From a virus (Duplodnaviria > Caudoviricetes): 37,465 nucleotides of DNA. Location: positions 1 through 37,465 of IMG/VR virus record IMGVR_UViG_3300033077_000380; one strand, 5' to 3'. Every line of letters begins with the position of its first letter. The first letter of the stretch is position 1. A program made the position numbers and the translations under genes. The notes beneath the pieces are model-generated. The model ran no database searches and had not been told where the DNA came from. It saw only the letters and a program-made list of their open reading frames with translations. This document shows, one piece after another, positions 1 through 8,883 of this stretch.

Positions 1-130
1 GCTGTTCTAATGCTTCTTTACAGGCTTGGATTGTTTCATGGGTATAAATAATTATACCTTCAACTGTTTCTGCACCATTGCATAACTCTAAATCGTCAAT
101 CGCCATCTTCAATGCTTCGTCTTTATTCAT
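1..130 (-). CDS. 5' part of a junction-spanning modular hypothetical protein (continues at 37465..37173; 140 aa in total)
   Basis: ATG at 130 reads MNKDEALKMAI...IQACKEALEQ and continues across the junction into QAQEPVAWLYK...; 130+293 = 423 nt, in frame; paralogue of 123..692. Confidence 0.85.
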   Translation of the reverse strand, partial: MNKDEALKMAIDDLELCNGAETVEGIIIYTHETIQACKEALEQ

Positions 131-692
131 AATTCTTTTCCTTTAATGCTTGTTCAATAGCACGAGCAAATCCATCTAAATCAGGATGCACAGCATATTC
201 GTATGGCGTAATTAAATTACCAATTTCATCATCACTTAATCCTTGCCATGATGGTGCAGGGTGGGTGATAGCTAATACTTTTCTAGCCCATTCCCTATCG
301 TACTCTTGGATATTGTCAGGCAAGTCTTTATAGTCAACCATCATCGTAGCCCAACGTTGCTTTCTTGCTTCGCTAATAGGTTCACTATCAATAATAGATT
401 GCGCCCACTTCATCCATTGTTGATGTTCTAAATCTGACAATGCTTCTAATAACGCCACAGGTTCTTGTGCTTGCTGTTCTAATGCTTCTTTACAAGATTG
501 GATTGCTTTATTTAACCTATCATTGCACCCATAAAACATCCAAGCATCTTGAGCAGGATAACTAGGAAGTATTTTTCCGTTGCTATTGGATGCAATCTGC
601 ATCGCTTCAATCGCCATCTTTAATGCTTCGTCTTTTTTGGCGGATGTTTTGGCGGATGTTTTGGCGGATGTTTTGGCGGATGTTTTAGTCAT
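123..692 (-). CDS. Modular hypothetical protein with N-terminal TSAK repeats and a RyR-domain-like insert
   Basis: ORF track; LSDLEHQQW...VDYKDLPDNIQEYDR resembles the RyR repeat motif; overlaps both neighbouring genes. Confidence 0.75.
   Translation of the reverse strand: MTKTSAKTSAKTSAKTSAKKDEALKMAIEAMQIASNSNGKILPSYPAQDAWMFYGCNDRLNKAIQSCKEALEQQAQEPVALLEALSDLEHQQWMKWAQSIIDSEPISEARKQRWATMMVDYKDLPDNIQEYDREWARKVLAITHPAPSWQGLSDDEIGNLITPYEYAVHPDLDGFARAIEQALKEKNYE
639..686. repeat. Tandem 12-bp repeat GGCGGATGTTTT x4
   Basis: Perfect copies start at 639, 651, 663 and 675; they encode (KTSA)4 on the minus strand. Confidence 0.95.
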
Positions 693-1990
693 TTTAGTTC
701 TTCCATAGCAATATCAGAAATAGCCCGTTTGTCATGCAGGGCTGCCCATATACGTTCGTCAACTGTTTTATTTGTCAACATCACGTAACACCATACATCA
801 TGCTTTTGTCCGCTACGGTGTAAACGGCCTATCGTCTGCTCATAAAGCTCAAGGCTCCAGGGCAACGATAGGAATACAATCTTACTGCCACCATGCTGTA
901 AGTTGAGGCCGTGGCCTGCGGACTTAGGATGCACTAGCAGTAGTTCTATTTTGCCTTCGTTCCAACGCTTAATCGCATCTGTATCGTCTAGCGTGACAGC
1001 CTTCGGATAACGTCGCTTAAGTTCTGCTAACTCCTCTTTAAATGCGTATGCAATAATCGTGTTAGCGTGTTGGTTCTCTTCTAGCAGTTCATCAAGGCGA
1101 TCAAACTTATGTTTGCTAAACCATGTCGGTATCGTCTGTGCGTCATAAATAAACCCTGACGCCATCTGCTGTAGTTTAGATGTCACCACGGCAGCGTTAA
1201 CTGCAGCGATCTGTGTGCTACCGAACTGAACGACAAAGTCTTTCTTCATCTTCTCATACGGTAGTCTGTCGTCCATGTCACAACGTAGTTCTACTGTGTG
1301 TAACGGTGGCAGTTTGTCTTTATACTCGCCAGCGTCTAGCACATACGTGACAGGCTTAATAATCTCCATCACCTGCTGTAGTGCGTTAACTCTTGGCACC
1401 CATTCGCCGTACTCTTTATTGATTAGGATAAAGTGCTGTTGCATAAACGCACCCTTGCTACGGCCTAATATTGTCTGATCCACAATCTTACATTGACCAA
1501 ACACATCCTCTAGACCGTTGCTAGTAAAGCTACCAGTCAAGCCCCAACGCACGTTAACTTTGTCTAATAGTTTTGACAGCGCTTTGAAACGTGTGCCTGA
1601 CGGGTTCTTTAGCCTAGTTAACTCGTCAAACACAATGCCGTCAATGCCGTTCAAATTATGTATTGATTGCAAATTATCATAGTTCAGCACAACAACATCT
1701 GCGTCAGACGCAAATGCTGCGTCACGATGCTTAGGTGTACCGACAGCCACAACGAGCTTGAGCTTAGGCGCCCATTTGGGTTGCTCGACAGGCCACACGT
1801 CAGTACAGACGCGCTTAGGGGCTAACACTAAGAAGCGTGTCACTACCTCAGCCTCGATAGCGTCTTGCATGGCGGTAAGCGTGATGGCTGTCTTGCCTGC
1901 GCCCACAGGTGCTAAGATCATGGCACGATCGTGTTCGTACAAGAAATCAGCCGCGACTTCTTGATAGGGTCGTAGCTTTAGCCCACTCAT
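689..1990 (-). CDS. SNF2-family (SF2) helicase
   Basis: LRPYQ Q-motif, Walker A GAGKT, Walker B FDEL, LTGS, SAGHGLNLQ, QTIGRLHRSGQ. Confidence 0.92.
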   Translation of the reverse strand: MSGLKLRPYQEVAADFLYEHDRAMILAPVGAGKTAITLTAMQDAIEAEVVTRFLVLAPKRVCTDVWPVEQPKWAPKLKLVVAVGTPKHRDAAFASDADVVVLNYDNLQSIHNLNGIDGIVFDELTRLKNPSGTRFKALSKLLDKVNVRWGLTGSFTSNGLEDVFGQCKIVDQTILGRSKGAFMQQHFILINKEYGEWVPRVNALQQVMEIIKPVTYVLDAGEYKDKLPPLHTVELRCDMDDRLPYEKMKKDFVVQFGSTQIAAVNAAVVTSKLQQMASGFIYDAQTIPTWFSKHKFDRLDELLEENQHANTIIAYAFKEELAELKRRYPKAVTLDDTDAIKRWNEGKIELLLVHPKSAGHGLNLQHGGSKIVFLSLPWSLELYEQTIGRLHRSGQKHDVWCYVMLTNKTVDERIWAALHDKRAISDIAMEELK

Positions 1991-2240
1991 CTATATCATC
2001 CTTATTCCATAAACATGCGTAATGTTGATTGAGCCTCTGCATGTCAGACGCAAATAGTTTCTGCAATTCTGACAACTTACCGCCCTCAGTCTTAATTTCT
2101 ACGAACCATGTCTCACCGTTAGGTAGACAGGCTACACGATCAGCCACACCCCGATGCGCTGGCGATGTAAACTTGTAGCTCTTGCCACCTAACTGCTCGA
2201 CTACTTTTTTAAAGTATGATTCAATTTGTTTTTCTAACAT
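1947..2240 (-). CDS. VRR-NUC domain nuclease
   Basis: MLEKQIE...GVADR...FVEIKTEGGKLSELQ PD-(D/E)XK pattern next to the SNF2 gene; start moved to ATG 2240. Confidence 0.88.
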   Translation of the reverse strand: MLEKQIESYFKKVVEQLGGKSYKFTSPAHRGVADRVACLPNGETWFVEIKTEGGKLSELQKLFASDMQRLNQHYACLWNKDDIDEWAKATTLSRSRG

Positions 2241-2246
2241 AAGCAC

Positions 2247-2275
2247 ACATTACTTACCCTTTTTCTATGTGTCAA
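2247..2275 (-). promoter_or_regulatory. Sigma70-type leftward promoter
   Basis: TTGACA (2275-2270), 17 nt, TAATGT (2252-2247); predicted +1 at about the ATG at 2240. Confidence 0.75.
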
Positions 2276-2298
2276 GCAATTTATTATTAAAATAAATG

Positions 2299-2328
2299 TT
2301 GACATACTATTTTTATGTATGCTAATCT
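2299..2328 (+). promoter_or_regulatory. Sigma70-type rightward promoter of the replication operon
   Basis: TTGACA 2299-2304, 18 nt, TAATCT 2323-2328 preceded by TGn; AT-rich upstream; back-to-back with the leftward promoter. Confidence 0.7.
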
Positions 2329-2360
2329 GCAAACTCAATAGCTAATCTAAAGGAAACTAA

Positions 2361-3485
2361 ATGCAACATTCTTCAGTCGTAGGCGGTTCAACCGCTAAAC
2401 GTGTTATCGCCTGTCCTGGCTCTGTCGCACTCTGCGACAAGATGCCCCCACGTCCTTCTAATAAGTATGCAGACGAAGGCACCCTACTACATAATGTGAT
2501 TGCAGAAATACTTGACAAAGGTCACGCGCCTGAGCATTACCTTGGCACCGTGTATGAAAGTCAAGTGTTAACGCAAGAACTGATTGACAACAAAATTAAA
2601 CCCGCGCTTGATGCGCTAGATGCTATTGATCCTGACAAACAGATGGAGTACGCAGTCGAGACACGTGTTAGCTTTGGTGACTTCTTGCCTAACGTATTTG
2701 GCTCAACCGACTTCTTAGGCCGTATCGGTGACACAGCGTATGTATTAGACTGGAAGTTCGGTGACGGTGTAGCCGTAGAAGTAGAAGAGAACCCTCAGCT
2801 TATGTTCTACGCTGCTGCTGCCATGCGTACTAAAGAAGTGTCATGGGTGTTTGATAACGTAACCTCTATCGAGATGATTATTGTGCAACCGCCAGCCGTT
2901 AAACGTTGGACAACAAGCCCTAACCGTATCAAACTGTTTGAACAGTCATTAGCATTAGCAGTACGTCAATCACAGGCACCTGACGCTAAACTATACGCTG
3001 GCGAGCATTGCCGTTGGTGTGCAGCCAAACCTATCTGCCCTCAGATGACTGGCGCTGTAGACCGTGTATTGCACACCAAGTTAGATGCGTTGCCTGTGGA
3101 ACAAATTGGTGTATACTTGCAGAACGCTGACGTAATTGAACAATGGATCACAGACTTACGTGCGTTAGCTTTCCAAATACTAGAGGCAGGTAAACCTGTC
3201 CCAGGCTATAAACTAGTTGCCAAACGTGCGACTAGACAATGGGTCAACGAAGAGGATGCGAAGGCTGCACTTCTTAAAGACCTACAAGAATCTGACGTAA
3301 TAGAGACATCACTCATCTCACCAGCTAAAGCTGAGAAGGTGCTTAAAAAGCACGGTCTTACTTTACCTGAGGGGACAGTCGTCGCTATTAGTTCAGGTAG
3401 TACGCTGGCAAACGAGGATGATCCTCGCCCAGCATTGTTGCAAATCGGACAGCAAATAACCGCTGCCCTTAATAAAATCATCTAA
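2361..3485 (+). CDS. PD-(D/E)XK exonuclease (DUF2800/Cas4-like phage protein)
   Basis: HS...CPGS, EGTLLH, GSTDF..VLDWKFG, QLMFYA, HCRWC...CP; AAGGA RBS. Confidence 0.85.
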   Translation: MQHSSVVGGSTAKRVIACPGSVALCDKMPPRPSNKYADEGTLLHNVIAEILDKGHAPEHYLGTVYESQVLTQELIDNKIKPALDALDAIDPDKQMEYAVETRVSFGDFLPNVFGSTDFLGRIGDTAYVLDWKFGDGVAVEVEENPQLMFYAAAAMRTKEVSWVFDNVTSIEMIIVQPPAVKRWTTSPNRIKLFEQSLALAVRQSQAPDAKLYAGEHCRWCAAKPICPQMTGAVDRVLHTKLDALPVEQIGVYLQNADVIEQWITDLRALAFQILEAGKPVPGYKLVAKRATRQWVNEEDAKAALLKDLQESDVIETSLISPAKAEKVLKKHGLTLPEGTVVAISSGSTLANEDDPRPALLQIGQQITAALNKII

Positions 3486-3496
3486 AGGAAATTAAT

Positions 3497-4135
3497 ATGT
3501 CTAATATCGTAACTTTTTCACAAGCAAATTTACCAGCAGTCGCATCACTAAGCACAGCCTTACGTTCACTTGAGAACGATGTATCGCCAGCAGGCGTTGC
3601 TATTCTCAAGATGGATAAGACAGGTCATTGGGTGTTTGGTGCAGACCAAACAGAAGTCGAAGATGACGCTACATGGGCTGTCAATCCGTTCTCATTCGTG
3701 CATGGCTTTATCGCATGGGGTGACGGTGATGTATTGGGTGAGAAGATGGTATCTGTATCTCAACCATTGCCTGAGCTTGATGGTGCGCCACCTGCAGCTA
3801 AACGCGGATGGGAGACGCAAGTAGGTCTATCACTCAAGTGCATCTCTGGTGAAGATAAGGGTTTAGAAGTCCGCTTCTCTACTACCTCTGTCGGCGGTAA
3901 ACGTGCAGTTCAAGCGTTAGCCGTTGCCATTGCTAATCAAGTAGAAGCAGACCAAGCTACGCCTGTGCCTGTGATCTATTTGAAGAAAGAGCATTACCAA
4001 CACAAATCGTATGGCAAAATCTATACTCCTGTCTTTGAGATTAAAGAATGGGTAGGTATGGATGCTGAAGCTTCAGGCGAGACTGCTGAAGAAGATGCAC
4101 CTGCTGAAACTACACGTCGTCGTCGTTCAACATAA
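3497..4135 (+). CDS. Putative single-stranded DNA-binding/annealing protein
   Basis: Lies between the DUF2800-like gene and polA; aromatic beta-rich core with YGKIYTPVF; acidic tail followed by RRRR; strong RBS. Confidence 0.6.
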   Translation: MSNIVTFSQANLPAVASLSTALRSLENDVSPAGVAILKMDKTGHWVFGADQTEVEDDATWAVNPFSFVHGFIAWGDGDVLGEKMVSVSQPLPELDGAPPAAKRGWETQVGLSLKCISGEDKGLEVRFSTTSVGGKRAVQALAVAIANQVEADQATPVPVIYLKKEHYQHKSYGKIYTPVFEIKEWVGMDAEASGETAEEDAPAETTRRRRST

Positions 4136-4141
4136 TGACTT

Positions 4142-4165
4142 GGGGGTATCTGAAAGGGTATCCCC
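4142..4165 (+). terminator. GNRA-loop hairpin between ssb and polA (attenuator or translational control)
   Basis: GGGGGTATCT-GAAA-GGGTATCCCC followed by an AT run, 10 nt before the polA ATG. Confidence 0.55.
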
Positions 4166-4175
4166 TATTAATTAT

Positions 4176-6122
4176 ATGAATATACTTTGGTGTGATTTTG
4201 AAACAAGAAGCCGCTGCGACTTACCTAGTCGCGGCGTCTACAACTACGCTCAAGACAGTAGCACCGATGTGCTATGTATGTCTTATGCGTTTGATGATGG
4301 TGACGTCATTACATGGACGCCAGATAAGCCGTTCCCCGAAGAGGTGCGTAACTTCAAGGGACAGATACGTGCGCACAATGCCACGTTTGAGCGCTTAGTT
4401 TTTTGGTATGTTTTACAGACTAATTTTGATTTAGAGCAGTTCTATTGCACAGCTACCCAAGCTCGTGCTAACTGTGCGCCAGGCTCACTTGAGGACGTTG
4501 GACGTTTCTCAGGGGCAACGATGCGTAAAGACCACCGTGGTAAGCAGTTAATCAGACTGCTATCACTCCCTCGTGCTGATGGCACGTTTAACGATGATCC
4601 GACATTGATGGCTGAGATGATTGCCTATTGTGAGCTGGACGTTAAAGTCATGCGCACTATCTCAAAAGCCCTGCGCAACTTATCAGACGAAGAGCTTGCC
4701 GATTACCATGTTAACGAACGTATCAACGACAAGGGTGTACTGCTTGACAAGCCCCTTGCTGACTCTGCTATCCGCTACGCAAGCGTAGAGTTAGAAGAGA
4801 TTGAGCGTATCGTGTCTGAGGTAACGAAGGGTGTCATTACGTCGGTACGTTCACCGCGCATGCGTGAGTGGGTGATTGAGCGTGTTGGCCCTGAAGCCCT
4901 CAAGCTAATGACGGTGATTAAAGATGGAGAAAAGAAAATGTCTATTGACAAGTCTGTCCGCGCTAACTTGTTATTGTTAGCCGAAGAAAACCCAGACGAA
5001 GTGCCAGCCGATGTCGCTGACGTTATCCAATGTGCTGACGATCTGTGGGCGTCATCTGTCGCTAAGTTCAACCGCTTATCACAGCTTGCCGATGTCGAGG
5101 ACAACCGAGTACGCGGTGCGTTTGTGTTTGCAGGCGGTAGCGCTACTGGACGTGCGTCTAGCTATGGCGCTCAAGTTCATAACTTTACACGTAAGTGTGC
5201 TAAAGACCCTGAGTCTGTTAGACAGGCTATGGTGAGAGGTCACGCTATCGTGCCGACGTATGGCAAACGTATTACCGATGTACTAAAAGGTATGCTACGT
5301 CCTGCGTTAATTCCTGCTAAGGGTAAGTCCCTCGTCGTTGCCGATTGGAACGCGGTAGAGGCTAGACTAACCCCTTGGCTGTCCAATGATCCACGTGCAG
5401 AAGAGGTGCTAGATGTTTTTAGATCGGGTCGTGATATTTATATTAGAGAAGCAGCAGCTATATTCCATCAAGCCGAAACGGAAATTACGCCAGACAAACG
5501 ACAAATTGGAAAAGTGGCAATACTATCATGCGGCTTTGGTGGTGGCGTGGGTGCTTTCGGTGCTATGGGCCGTAATTATGGCATTATCCTTAGTGAATCA
5601 GATGCTAAACGTACAGTCGATGCTTGGCGACGAGCTAACCAGTGGGCTGTTAATTATTGGCAGTCACTAGAGTCCGCATACACGCGGGCGATGCGTAACG
5701 TTGGTAAAGAGTTTAGTGTAGGTCGTGTGACATACTTATATGACGGCGTTCATTTATGGTATGCTTTGCCTTCGGGTCGAATACTTTGCTATCCACATGC
5801 GAAGCTAGAACCTGAAGGGGTGACTTACGCTAAAGCAGCGTGGAAGCCTTCTGCTGACGCTACCGAGTGGCCTCGAGCTAGATTATGGAAAGGCCTTGCG
5901 TGTGAGAACATCACCCAGGCCGTTGCTAACGATCTACTCCGACACTCACTAAGAAACTTGGATGACGTGATCTTGCACGTTCACGATGAAATTGTAATCG
6001 AGACCGATACACCGAATGAAGTGCTACAACAAATGAACGACGTAATGTGTACGCCCCCTGAATGGGCTAAGGGACTTCCTTTGTCTATTGAAGCCGATAT
6101 AATGACGAGGTATGGAAAATGA
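4176..6122 (+). CDS. polA: Family A DNA polymerase with 3'-5' exonuclease
   Basis: Exo DFET and AHNATFE; motif A DWNAVEAR; motif B RQIGKVAILSCGFG; motif C HVHDEIV; likely start ATG 4176 (MNILWCDFET). Confidence 0.93.
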   Translation: MNILWCDFETRSRCDLPSRGVYNYAQDSSTDVLCMSYAFDDGDVITWTPDKPFPEEVRNFKGQIRAHNATFERLVFWYVLQTNFDLEQFYCTATQARANCAPGSLEDVGRFSGATMRKDHRGKQLIRLLSLPRADGTFNDDPTLMAEMIAYCELDVKVMRTISKALRNLSDEELADYHVNERINDKGVLLDKPLADSAIRYASVELEEIERIVSEVTKGVITSVRSPRMREWVIERVGPEALKLMTVIKDGEKKMSIDKSVRANLLLLAEENPDEVPADVADVIQCADDLWASSVAKFNRLSQLADVEDNRVRGAFVFAGGSATGRASSYGAQVHNFTRKCAKDPESVRQAMVRGHAIVPTYGKRITDVLKGMLRPALIPAKGKSLVVADWNAVEARLTPWLSNDPRAEEVLDVFRSGRDIYIREAAAIFHQAETEITPDKRQIGKVAILSCGFGGGVGAFGAMGRNYGIILSESDAKRTVDAWRRANQWAVNYWQSLESAYTRAMRNVGKEFSVGRVTYLYDGVHLWYALPSGRILCYPHAKLEPEGVTYAKAAWKPSADATEWPRARLWKGLACENITQAVANDLLRHSLRNLDDVILHVHDEIVIETDTPNEVLQQMNDVMCTPPEWAKGLPLSIEADIMTRYGK

Positions 6123-8428
6123 GTGAGCTAAATTTCATTGACTATTTAATAGGTATTGCCCCTGTTGGCGAGACTATCTTATTAGTTAAACAAAAGCCTT
6201 TACTTGATAAGGGCGCTTTGCAATATCATAACGATGGTGCTATCAAGTGTACGTGGCCTGCCTATTTACCTGAGCAGGCTAAGATTAAGAAGGGCGACGC
6301 ATGGTACGCTAACACCGCCTGCTTTATCTTAGACCGCTTTACCGATGGTAAGGTGTCTGCCTCCGCATCTAACTGTGAGCGTGTTGCGTTCATGGTGTTA
6401 GATGACGTAGGCACTAAGTCTAAGGTGCCACCGCTGGCGCCGACATGGATTATCGAGACTAGCCCTGATAACTATCAGTATGGCTACACTTTTGCGTTAG
6501 ACGATCAACCTCTGAAGGGAGACTTTAGTGCTGCGATTAAAGCCATTGCTGATGCTGGTTTCACGGATGGCGGTGCTATTAACCCTGTCCGTAACTTTAG
6601 AGTTGCTGGTAGTGTCAATCTTAAACCTAATCGTGACAGCTTTGCTTCTAAGCTGATCGAGCTACACCCTGAGCGTGAGTTCAGTCTACCTCAGATATGC
6701 GAAGCGTTAGCTGTCACACCTGCACCTGCGGACACGGCCTCTATCACGTCTATCAGACTCAAAGACGATGGCGGTGACGACGTACTGAGCTGGATGAACA
6801 GTAACGGCATGATCATTACCCCTAAGAACGGCGAAGGTTGGGTTGGTGTCGTGTGTCCTAACAGCGCTAGTCATAGTGACGGCAACCCCGAGGCTAGATA
6901 CAAGCCCCTAGATCGTTCGTTCTGTTGCTACCATGAGCATTGTCAAGAGCTAGACTCTAAGACCTTCTTATCATGGGTGTCTGATAACGGCGGCCCTAAG
7001 CATACTCATGGCTTGCGTGAGGAACTACTGGCGGACGTGATGACTACAGCCATATCTAAAATTGAACCTTCTGATATGTTTACGCATGATGCTGATGACG
7101 TGATCGCTGAAGTAGAACGTAAAGAGCTAGGCCGTATTGAGAAGGCCGACTGGTTCAAGCGTTTTGCCTATATACAAGAGGACGACGCTTACTTTGATTT
7201 ACAAGACCGCCGAGAGGTGAGCCGTTCTACGTTTAATGCACTATTCCGTCACATTGATTGTCGTTCTATTCATACTGCCAGTCGCGTGTTGCCTGCTGTA
7301 TCATATGACGAAAATCGTCAGACGATGGGCGCTAAAGCACTTGTCGGTATCACCTATGCTGCTGGTGAGACGGTGCTTGTGTCTCGTGATGGTGATATCT
7401 ATGGTAACCGCTGGCGTGACGCCCGCCCTACTAACCTAGTCGAGGGTGACATCACCCCTTGGCTAGACCATGCGCGTAGCCTTGTCCCTAATGAGGATGA
7501 ACTAGAGCATATCCTAAACGTGATGGCTTACAAAGTGCAGCACCCTGAAATTAAGATTAACCACGCTGTGCTACATGGCGGTGATGAGGGTAGCGGCAAA
7601 GACACGTTCTGGGCGCCTTTCCTATGGGCTGTGTGTGGCGACAATCTGCGTAATCGTGGCATTATGGATAACGACAGCGTGAATAGCCAGTGGGGTTATC
7701 AATTAGAGTCAGAAGTTCTCATTATCAATGAGCTAAAAGAACCTGATGCCTCTGCTAGGCGTCAACTTGCTAACAAGCTTAAGCCTATTATCGCAGCGCC
7801 ACCTGAAATGCTACCTATCAACCGCAAGGGTTTGCACCCCTATATGATGCTAAACCGAGTCTTTGTGCTAGCCTTCTCAAATGATCCAGTACCTATCAGT
7901 TTAGCTAGTCAAGACAGACGCTGGTTCTGCGTATGGAGTAACGCACCACGTATGGAACCTAGTGCCGCTGCTAAGCTATGGAATTGGTATAAGGCTGGCG
8001 GGTTTAGCGCTTGTGCTTCGTGGCTTGTGTCTCGTGACGTGTCTAAATTTAACCCTAGTGCTGCGCCTATGTGGACGGAGTTTAAGGCTAACCTAGTAGA
8101 ACATGGTATGAGCATGGCGGAGTCTTATTTGGTTGAGCAAATGCGAGGCCGTATAGGTGAGTTTAGTAAAGGGATCATTGGCAGCCCGTTTCATAGCTTA
8201 TGTGATCGCTTAGCGGGCAGCGCCCCTAGCGGCGTTAAGATACCTCAAGCAGCGCTCTTACACGCGTTAAAAGAAGCTGGCTGGATCGATTGTGGCCGTT
8301 TAGCAAGCGCCGATTATATGAGCAAAAAACATATATTCGCGGCGCCAGAGTTTAAAGACTATAAAAAAAGCGATTTAAGGCGCATGGTTGAAATATCAGA
8401 ACCGCCTAAAATGGTAGTGATTAAATGA
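6119..8428 (+). CDS. Primase-helicase: RepB-like AEP primase, Zn finger and SF3 helicase (DUF5906/NrS-1-like)
   Basis: VLDDVG and IETSPDNYQYGY primase motifs; CPNSASH...CCYHEHC; Walker A GDEGSGKDT; IINEL; FSN; DRRW. Confidence 0.85.
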   Translation: MSELNFIDYLIGIAPVGETILLVKQKPLLDKGALQYHNDGAIKCTWPAYLPEQAKIKKGDAWYANTACFILDRFTDGKVSASASNCERVAFMVLDDVGTKSKVPPLAPTWIIETSPDNYQYGYTFALDDQPLKGDFSAAIKAIADAGFTDGGAINPVRNFRVAGSVNLKPNRDSFASKLIELHPEREFSLPQICEALAVTPAPADTASITSIRLKDDGGDDVLSWMNSNGMIITPKNGEGWVGVVCPNSASHSDGNPEARYKPLDRSFCCYHEHCQELDSKTFLSWVSDNGGPKHTHGLREELLADVMTTAISKIEPSDMFTHDADDVIAEVERKELGRIEKADWFKRFAYIQEDDAYFDLQDRREVSRSTFNALFRHIDCRSIHTASRVLPAVSYDENRQTMGAKALVGITYAAGETVLVSRDGDIYGNRWRDARPTNLVEGDITPWLDHARSLVPNEDELEHILNVMAYKVQHPEIKINHAVLHGGDEGSGKDTFWAPFLWAVCGDNLRNRGIMDNDSVNSQWGYQLESEVLIINELKEPDASARRQLANKLKPIIAAPPEMLPINRKGLHPYMMLNRVFVLAFSNDPVPISLASQDRRWFCVWSNAPRMEPSAAAKLWNWYKAGGFSACASWLVSRDVSKFNPSAAPMWTEFKANLVEHGMSMAESYLVEQMRGRIGEFSKGIIGSPFHSLCDRLAGSAPSGVKIPQAALLHALKEAGWIDCGRLASADYMSKKHIFAAPEFKDYKKSDLRRMVEISEPPKMVVIK

Positions 8429-8538
8429 TCGGTTTAAATATTGCGCCAGGACTAAACTAATAGTTTAGTTTTAGCGTGTAATATTTAGCGATTTATTACA
8501 TGCAACGGAATTAGATTGTAATAAGTTACAGACAAAAG

Positions 8539-8561
8539 AAAAGGGCCGTTAAGGCCCTTTT
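8539..8561. terminator. Bidirectional intrinsic terminator between convergent operons
   Basis: AAAAGGGCC-GTTAA-GGCCCTTTT with U-tracts on both strands. Confidence 0.85.
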
Positions 8562-8583
8562 GTTTTAGTTTGATAGGATAGCT

Positions 8584-8643
8584 TCAAAGATCGTATATGA
8601 TCGCGATAAGGCCCGCAATAATGGCCGCGGATAGTAAGATCAT
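8584..8643 (-). CDS. 19-aa hydrophobic peptide MILLSAAIIAGLIAIIYDL
   Basis: Translated by hand; starts 1 nt after the upstream stop and ends before the terminator. Confidence 0.5.
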   Translation of the reverse strand: MILLSAAIIAGLIAIIYDL

Positions 8644-8644
8644 G

Positions 8645-8872
8645 TTAAGCCGCCAATTTATTAAGTTTAAGCCATTCATATACATAAGACTTTGTTAAGC
8701 CATTAGCGCCGTACTGAATTAAAGCGCCGCTCTTAAAATCTTTTGGGCGATCTTTAATATTGCGTTTAACTTTATATACGCTTTTAACGTTTACGCCCTT
8801 AAATATACAAGCGTCTTCGAAGCTATCAAAAATCACGTGCTCGTTGGTATCTCGATCTAATACTTTATACAT
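8645..8872 (-). CDS. Hypothetical early protein
   Basis: ORF track, with start trimmed to ATG 8872; part of a tightly packed leftward operon. Confidence 0.65.
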   Translation of the reverse strand: MYKVLDRDTNEHVIFDSFEDACIFKGVNVKSVYKVKRNIKDRPKDFKSGALIQYGANGLTKSYVYEWLKLNKLAA

Positions 8873-8883
8873 AATCAAGCCCT

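Noticed and set aside
96-635. Diversity-generating retroelement or shufflon behind the repeated boxes
   Set aside because: No reverse transcriptase or site-specific recombinase seen; the boxes are direct repeats without adenine-specific mismatches
2361-3485. CRISPR-associated Cas4
   Set aside because: Context (SSB, polA, helicase) is the usual phage DUF2800-type replication module; no cas1/cas2
8451-8469. Inverted repeat ACTAAACTA-A-TAGTTTAGT after the primase
   Set aside because: AT-rich single occurrence with no supportable function
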